From the NCBI GenBank assembly GCA_046539845.1, contig JBKHGE010000019.1, positions 1 to 41,276 of the forward strand: a stretch of 41,276 nucleotides of DNA, given 5' to 3'. The notes beneath the pieces were generated by a model that was given only the letters and a program-made list of their open reading frames with translations, was not told the DNA's origin and did no database searches. Positions 37,802-41,276 of the stretch are shown here, one piece after another. The position numbers and the translations under genes were made by a program. Source of the DNA: Desulfonatronovibrionaceae bacterium (GTDB lineage: Bacteria > Desulfobacterota > Desulfovibrionia > Desulfovibrionales > Desulfonatronovibrionaceae). Each line of letters begins with the position of its first letter. The first letter of the stretch is position 1.

Positions 37802-39557
37802 TTCGTTTCCCCCGGCCGTATTGTTCATCGCCGCCGCCCTACTCATTCCAATGTTCAGAGGCACGGCCCGGAAGGTTTACATGCTGGCCGTCCCGATACT
37901 GGGATTTATGCAGCTGCTTTACCTGCCCGCTGGCTCCCATCTGACGGTCACTTTTTTGAACGCCTATGAACTGACCCTGCTCCAGGTGGACCCCATCCGG
38001 CTCTGTTTTGGATATGTATTTGTAATCATGGCCTTCTTGGCCACCGTGTTCGCCTTGCACGAGGAAAAACCCTACCAGCACATGGCCGCGTTTTCCTATG
38101 TTGGCAGCTCACTGGGAGTAGCCTTTGCTGGAGACTTCCTTACCCTGTTCATCTTCTGGGAGATCATGGCCGTTACCTCGGCAGCCATCATATTTCTGCG
38201 GAATATAAAGGCTGCCAGGGAGGCGGGAGCCCGCTATCTTTTGGTCCATGTGGCTGGCGGGGCCTGCCTGATGGCCGGGATCGTGTTCCAGCTCTTACAG
38301 ACCGGCTCTCTGGATATAGTCCGCCCCGAACCCGGATGGGCCTTTGGTTTTATCCTGGTCGGCTTCTGTCTCAACGCAGCAGTGCCCCCCCTGTCAGCCT
38401 GGCTCTCGGACGCCTATCCCGAAGCCTCGGTCACCGGATCCATCTATCTGACCGCTTATACGACCAAGACTGCGGTCCTGACCCTGGCCCTGGTCTTCCC
38501 GGGCACGGAGATCCTGGTCTGGGCCGGGGCAATCATGGCCCTGTACGGAGTGGTCTTTGCAGTCCTGGAAAACGATATCCGCCGCCTTTTGGCCTATCAC
38601 ATAATAAGCCAGGTCGGATACATGGTCTGTGGTGTGGGCCTGGGCACTGCCCTGTCTTTAAACGGGGTCACCGCACATGCCTTTTGCCACATTTTATACA
38701 AGGGACTGTTGTTTATGGGCGCGGGCGCGGTCATATACGCCACCGGCAAACGCCAGCTGAGCGAACTAGGCGGCATCTGGCGACTTATGCCCATCACCCT
38801 GACCCTGTATATGATCGGGGCCTTTTCCATCTCCGGGGTCCCAGGCTTTAACGGCTTTGTTAGCAAGACAATGATCATTAGCGCAGCCGGGTATATCCAC
38901 CGTCCGGCCATTGAGCTCATGCTTTTAATGGCCTCCATAGGGACCTTTCTGCACACCGGACTCAAACTGCCCTATTTTACCTTTATTCACCCCCGGGACC
39001 GGGGGCTGACTGTGTGCAAGCTGCCCAAAAACATGCTCTTTGCCATGGCCGGCGGGGCCTTTCTGTGCATCCTGATCGGGGTCTATCCACACATTTTGTA
39101 CCGTATCCTGCCTTTCAGTGCAGAATACCACCCCTACACTGCCGGCCATATCTTCAGCGAATTCCAGCTGCTGCTTGCCACCGGCCTGGCCTTTATGCTC
39201 TTTGTCAAACAGCTCGGCGGGCATCCGGCGATCACCCTGGATACGGACTGGTTCTACCGCAGAGGCGGCAGATGGCTGTATGCCTTTTTAGACAAGGGCC
39301 TAAACACGCTGCTCGCCCGATGTGAAACCGCGCTGGTCAAGACCAGCCAGGGCACGGCTGTCTTCTTTCGCGATGCCCTGGCCCGGATCCTCCTCTTTGT
39401 GATGGTTAATGTCTGGCTCGTTCAGGGATTGCGAGGCAGGTGCCTGGAATTCAAGAAATATAATCTGTATTCGGATGTAAAAGACGGCACCCTGCCCGTT
39501 GGGCTGGGAGCGGCTGTATCCACGCTGTTTATTGTCTTGATCTACGTGATGAGCTGA
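37794..39557 (+). CDS. mrpD: Mrp antiporter-like subunit D (copy 3, long C-terminus)
   Basis: Motifs FIFWEIM, LNAAVPPLSAWLSDAYP, RRLLAYHIISQVG, GFVSK and LDTDWFYR. Confidence 0.9.
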   Translation: MVNSFPPAVLFIAAALLIPMFRGTARKVYMLAVPILGFMQLLYLPAGSHLTVTFLNAYELTLLQVDPIRLCFGYVFVIMAFLATVFALHEEKPYQHMAAFSYVGSSLGVAFAGDFLTLFIFWEIMAVTSAAIIFLRNIKAAREAGARYLLVHVAGGACLMAGIVFQLLQTGSLDIVRPEPGWAFGFILVGFCLNAAVPPLSAWLSDAYPEASVTGSIYLTAYTTKTAVLTLALVFPGTEILVWAGAIMALYGVVFAVLENDIRRLLAYHIISQVGYMVCGVGLGTALSLNGVTAHAFCHILYKGLLFMGAGAVIYATGKRQLSELGGIWRLMPITLTLYMIGAFSISGVPGFNGFVSKTMIISAAGYIHRPAIELMLLMASIGTFLHTGLKLPYFTFIHPRDRGLTVCKLPKNMLFAMAGGAFLCILIGVYPHILYRILPFSAEYHPYTAGHIFSEFQLLLATGLAFMLFVKQLGGHPAITLDTDWFYRRGGRWLYAFLDKGLNTLLARCETALVKTSQGTAVFFRDALARILLFVMVNVWLVQGLRGRCLEFKKYNLYSDVKDGTLPVGLGAAVSTLFIVLIYVMS

Positions 39558-39642
39558 CAAACGGCCCTGACCACTATCCGCAAAAAAGCTTTGCTCCGCG
39601 GGTGGCCGAGCCTGAAGAAATATTTTCGGAGGAACACAAATA

Positions 39643-40125
39643 ATGGTTGATAAATACGAGTTGCGCAGGATCTCACTTATTCAGGACATGCCGGACAAAA
39701 TGCTCGATCTGCTGGGCGAAGCCGGGGAGCTTAAGATCTTCAGCGACGGGACCACCCTGTTCAGCCAGGGACAGGTCCTGGATAAATGCTACATGGTCTT
39801 AAGCGGTACCGTGCTTCTGGAGGTGAAGCCGGTCCAGGACGTGATAATCACCCTGGACAGCCTGGGTCCGGGCACCTGTTTTGCCCTTTCCAGCCTGATC
39901 CCGGACAGCGTAAGCCAAAACAGCGCGGTATGCGGGGAGAGCTGCGAGCTGCTCTGTCTGCCGGCCCAGAAATTGCGCGAGATATTTGCCGAGCACACCG
40001 ATCTCGGATACCAGTTCATGTACAGGATAACGGCCGCGTTCAAGGAACGCATGGAGCACAGGACCAGCCTGTTTTTGCGCGTTTTGCAGAACCATCCCGA
40101 CCTAAAGGAGCTTTTCTCCGAATAA
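39643..40125 (+). CDS. stand-alone cyclic-nucleotide-binding (CAP_ED-like) domain protein with no HTH
   Basis: LFSQGQ..KCYMVLSGTV...LGPGTCFA...ESCELL...LGYQFM. GGAGGA RBS. Confidence 0.82.
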   Translation: MVDKYELRRISLIQDMPDKMLDLLGEAGELKIFSDGTTLFSQGQVLDKCYMVLSGTVLLEVKPVQDVIITLDSLGPGTCFALSSLIPDSVSQNSAVCGESCELLCLPAQKLREIFAEHTDLGYQFMYRITAAFKERMEHRTSLFLRVLQNHPDLKELFSE

Positions 40126-40229
40126 CTCCCGGCCGTCAGGAGCAAAAGATAAAGACTGTTTTTGGACTGCTAAAATACTGAAGGTTCTTATCCGGGCTGA
40201 ATCAGGGTAAAAGGAAAGGGATTTTGTGC

Positions 40230-40307
40230 TGGTGCCCCCGCCAGGACTCGAACCTGGGCTAACCGGGATTAGGAATCCCGTGCTCTATCCGCCTGAGCTA
40301 CGGGGGC
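40230..40307 (-). tRNA. tRNA-Arg (anticodon CCT)
   Basis: Minus strand GCCCCCG TAGCTCAGGCGGATAGAGCA CGGGA-TTCCTAA-TCCCG GTTAGC CCAGG-TTCGAGT-CCTGG CGGGGGC ACCA. Confidence 0.95.
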
Positions 40308-40318
40308 GCAGACTGGAC

Positions 40319-40347
40319 TTGATATTTGCCTTTTTGGCTTCTGTCAA
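40319..40347 (-). promoter_or_regulatory. sigma70 promoter of tRNA-Arg
   Basis: Minus strand TTGACA-N17-TATCAA just upstream of the tRNA. Confidence 0.6.
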
Positions 40348-40420
40348 GATGCAAATACCTGCTTGCACCGCCCGCAGGACTGACCGGGCTGAATAGCAAA
40401 AAACGAAAAGCCCGGCGAAC

Positions 40421-41026
40421 TTATTTCTCCAGGGCCCTTCGGCAAAAATCCATTATCAGCCGCTTGGACTTGAGGGCTCCGGCCCTGGGGTCCTTGGAAA
40501 GGAGCTGGACCCGCAGATATCCGTGCAGCAGAAAGGACAGAATGCGGGCGGTCTCCTGGACATCGACATCCGCAAAACGCCCGCTTTTCACCCCTTTTTC
40601 CACCGCCTTTTCCAGGCTGGAACGGATCAATTTGTTCTGTTCAGTCAGCAGGGTTTTACACGGAGTATCCCTATCCTCCATAAGAAAAGGGCAGACCCGG
40701 CTCAACATCTGGGCCTCCTGGGGGTATTTGCGGATAAAATCTGCGTGGAACTTGAATACTTCCTCAAGCATCTCCAGGGGATCGTCGCTTTTATGCACAT
40801 ATTCCTCGAGCATCTCGTTGTATAGCTCATAGATACGGTGCATGATCTTGACCAACAGGTCATGCTTGGATTCAAAATGCCGATACAGGTTTCCCTCGGA
40901 CAGACCCGCTTCCACGGCTATCTCCGCGGTTGTGGCCCCGCGGTACCCATGCCGGATAAAAACAGACTGAGCGGCATGGACATAATTTTCCTTGACCTTT
41001 TTATTCTTTTCCTGGCGCTTACCCAT
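40421..41026 (-). CDS. TetR/AcrR-family transcriptional regulator
   Basis: AAQSVFIRHGYRGATTAEIAVEAGLSEGNLYRHFESKHDL. GAGGGG RBS before ATG 41026. Confidence 0.93.
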   Translation of the reverse strand: MGKRQEKNKKVKENYVHAAQSVFIRHGYRGATTAEIAVEAGLSEGNLYRHFESKHDLLVKIMHRIYELYNEMLEEYVHKSDDPLEMLEEVFKFHADFIRKYPQEAQMLSRVCPFLMEDRDTPCKTLLTEQNKLIRSSLEKAVEKGVKSGRFADVDVQETARILSFLLHGYLRVQLLSKDPRAGALKSKRLIMDFCRRALEK

Positions 41027-41116
41027 GGTATCCCCCCTCATTTTATAGTTTCGGTTAAAAAATAGCTGTTTTCTAATGCTCTGTCATTAATTTTCAGAAA
41101 AAAGTCCTTAATAATT

Positions 41117-41154
41117 CTATAAACGGTTTTATTTTAAAATAAACGGTTTAATAG
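41117..41154. promoter_or_regulatory. tandem palindromic operator candidates upstream of tetR
   Basis: TAAACGGTTTT (41120-41130) and TAAACGGTTTA (41140-41150) flank a central TTTATTTTAAAATAAA palindrome. Confidence 0.55.
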
Positions 41155-41276
41155 ATCTAAATTTTTTATTCGCATTAAACAATTCACTTTTGAATCTCCC
41201 GAGTTACTTTTAACCACCATGTCTTTTAGGCCGACCAGCGGACAATTCTAGTTAGTATTCATTTTATCTTTGCCCG

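Noticed and set aside
31558..39557. Mrp genes as part of complex I or an energy-converting hydrogenase
   Set aside because: No NuoB/C/D/H/I-like or [NiFe] large-subunit genes are in the cluster, and mrpE/F/G are present, which indicates an antiporter.
28305..40307. AOR-Mrp block as a genomic island integrated at tRNA-Arg
   Set aside because: No integrase is present, I found no duplicate of the tRNA 3' end by eye, and the composition looks like the neighbouring core genes.
1..41276. CRISPR array, rRNA, transposase or selenocysteine read-through
   Set aside because: I saw no regularly spaced repeats, rRNA-like sequence, transposase motifs or in-frame TGA splitting a recognisable protein.

Overview
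Bacterial chromosome window. Gene content and order suggest a sulfate-reducing Desulfovibrionales-type deltaproteobacterium, and acidic flagellar proteins plus a large Mrp operon hint at halophily (both inferences). From left to right: (1) 1-3.8 kb, a toxin-antitoxin cluster with a VapC cut by the window edge, a HipB/HipA pair, an ATP-grasp enzyme, and an RHH antitoxin followed by an internally deleted PIN toxin. (2) NAD kinase coupled to a large DUF89/ARMT1-like protein whose C-terminal domain looks like a nucleoside-deoxyribosyltransferase (NDT/DUF4406) fold. (3) A flagellar block: a sigma28-driven hypothetical-flgM unit convergent with a sigma54-driven flgFGAHIJNKL-csrA-fliW operon. (4) tRNA-Gly and the rimP-nusA-ylxR-infB-DUF503-rbfA-nrnA-truB-rpsO-pnp operon. 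(5) A 4x[4Fe-4S] protein and a tungsten-type aldehyde:ferredoxin oxidoreductase. (6) An mrpEFG-B'-B-C-D-D-X-D antiporter operon flanked by an atypical receiver and a stand-alone cNMP domain. (7) tRNA-Arg(CCT) and a TetR regulator. The most unusual candidates are the Mrp small subunit fused to a lipoyl-like domain lacking its acceptor lysine, the three degenerate sensor domains around the Mrp operon, and the nadK plus DUF89-NDT module. All calls come from motif recognition by eye; no searches were run.
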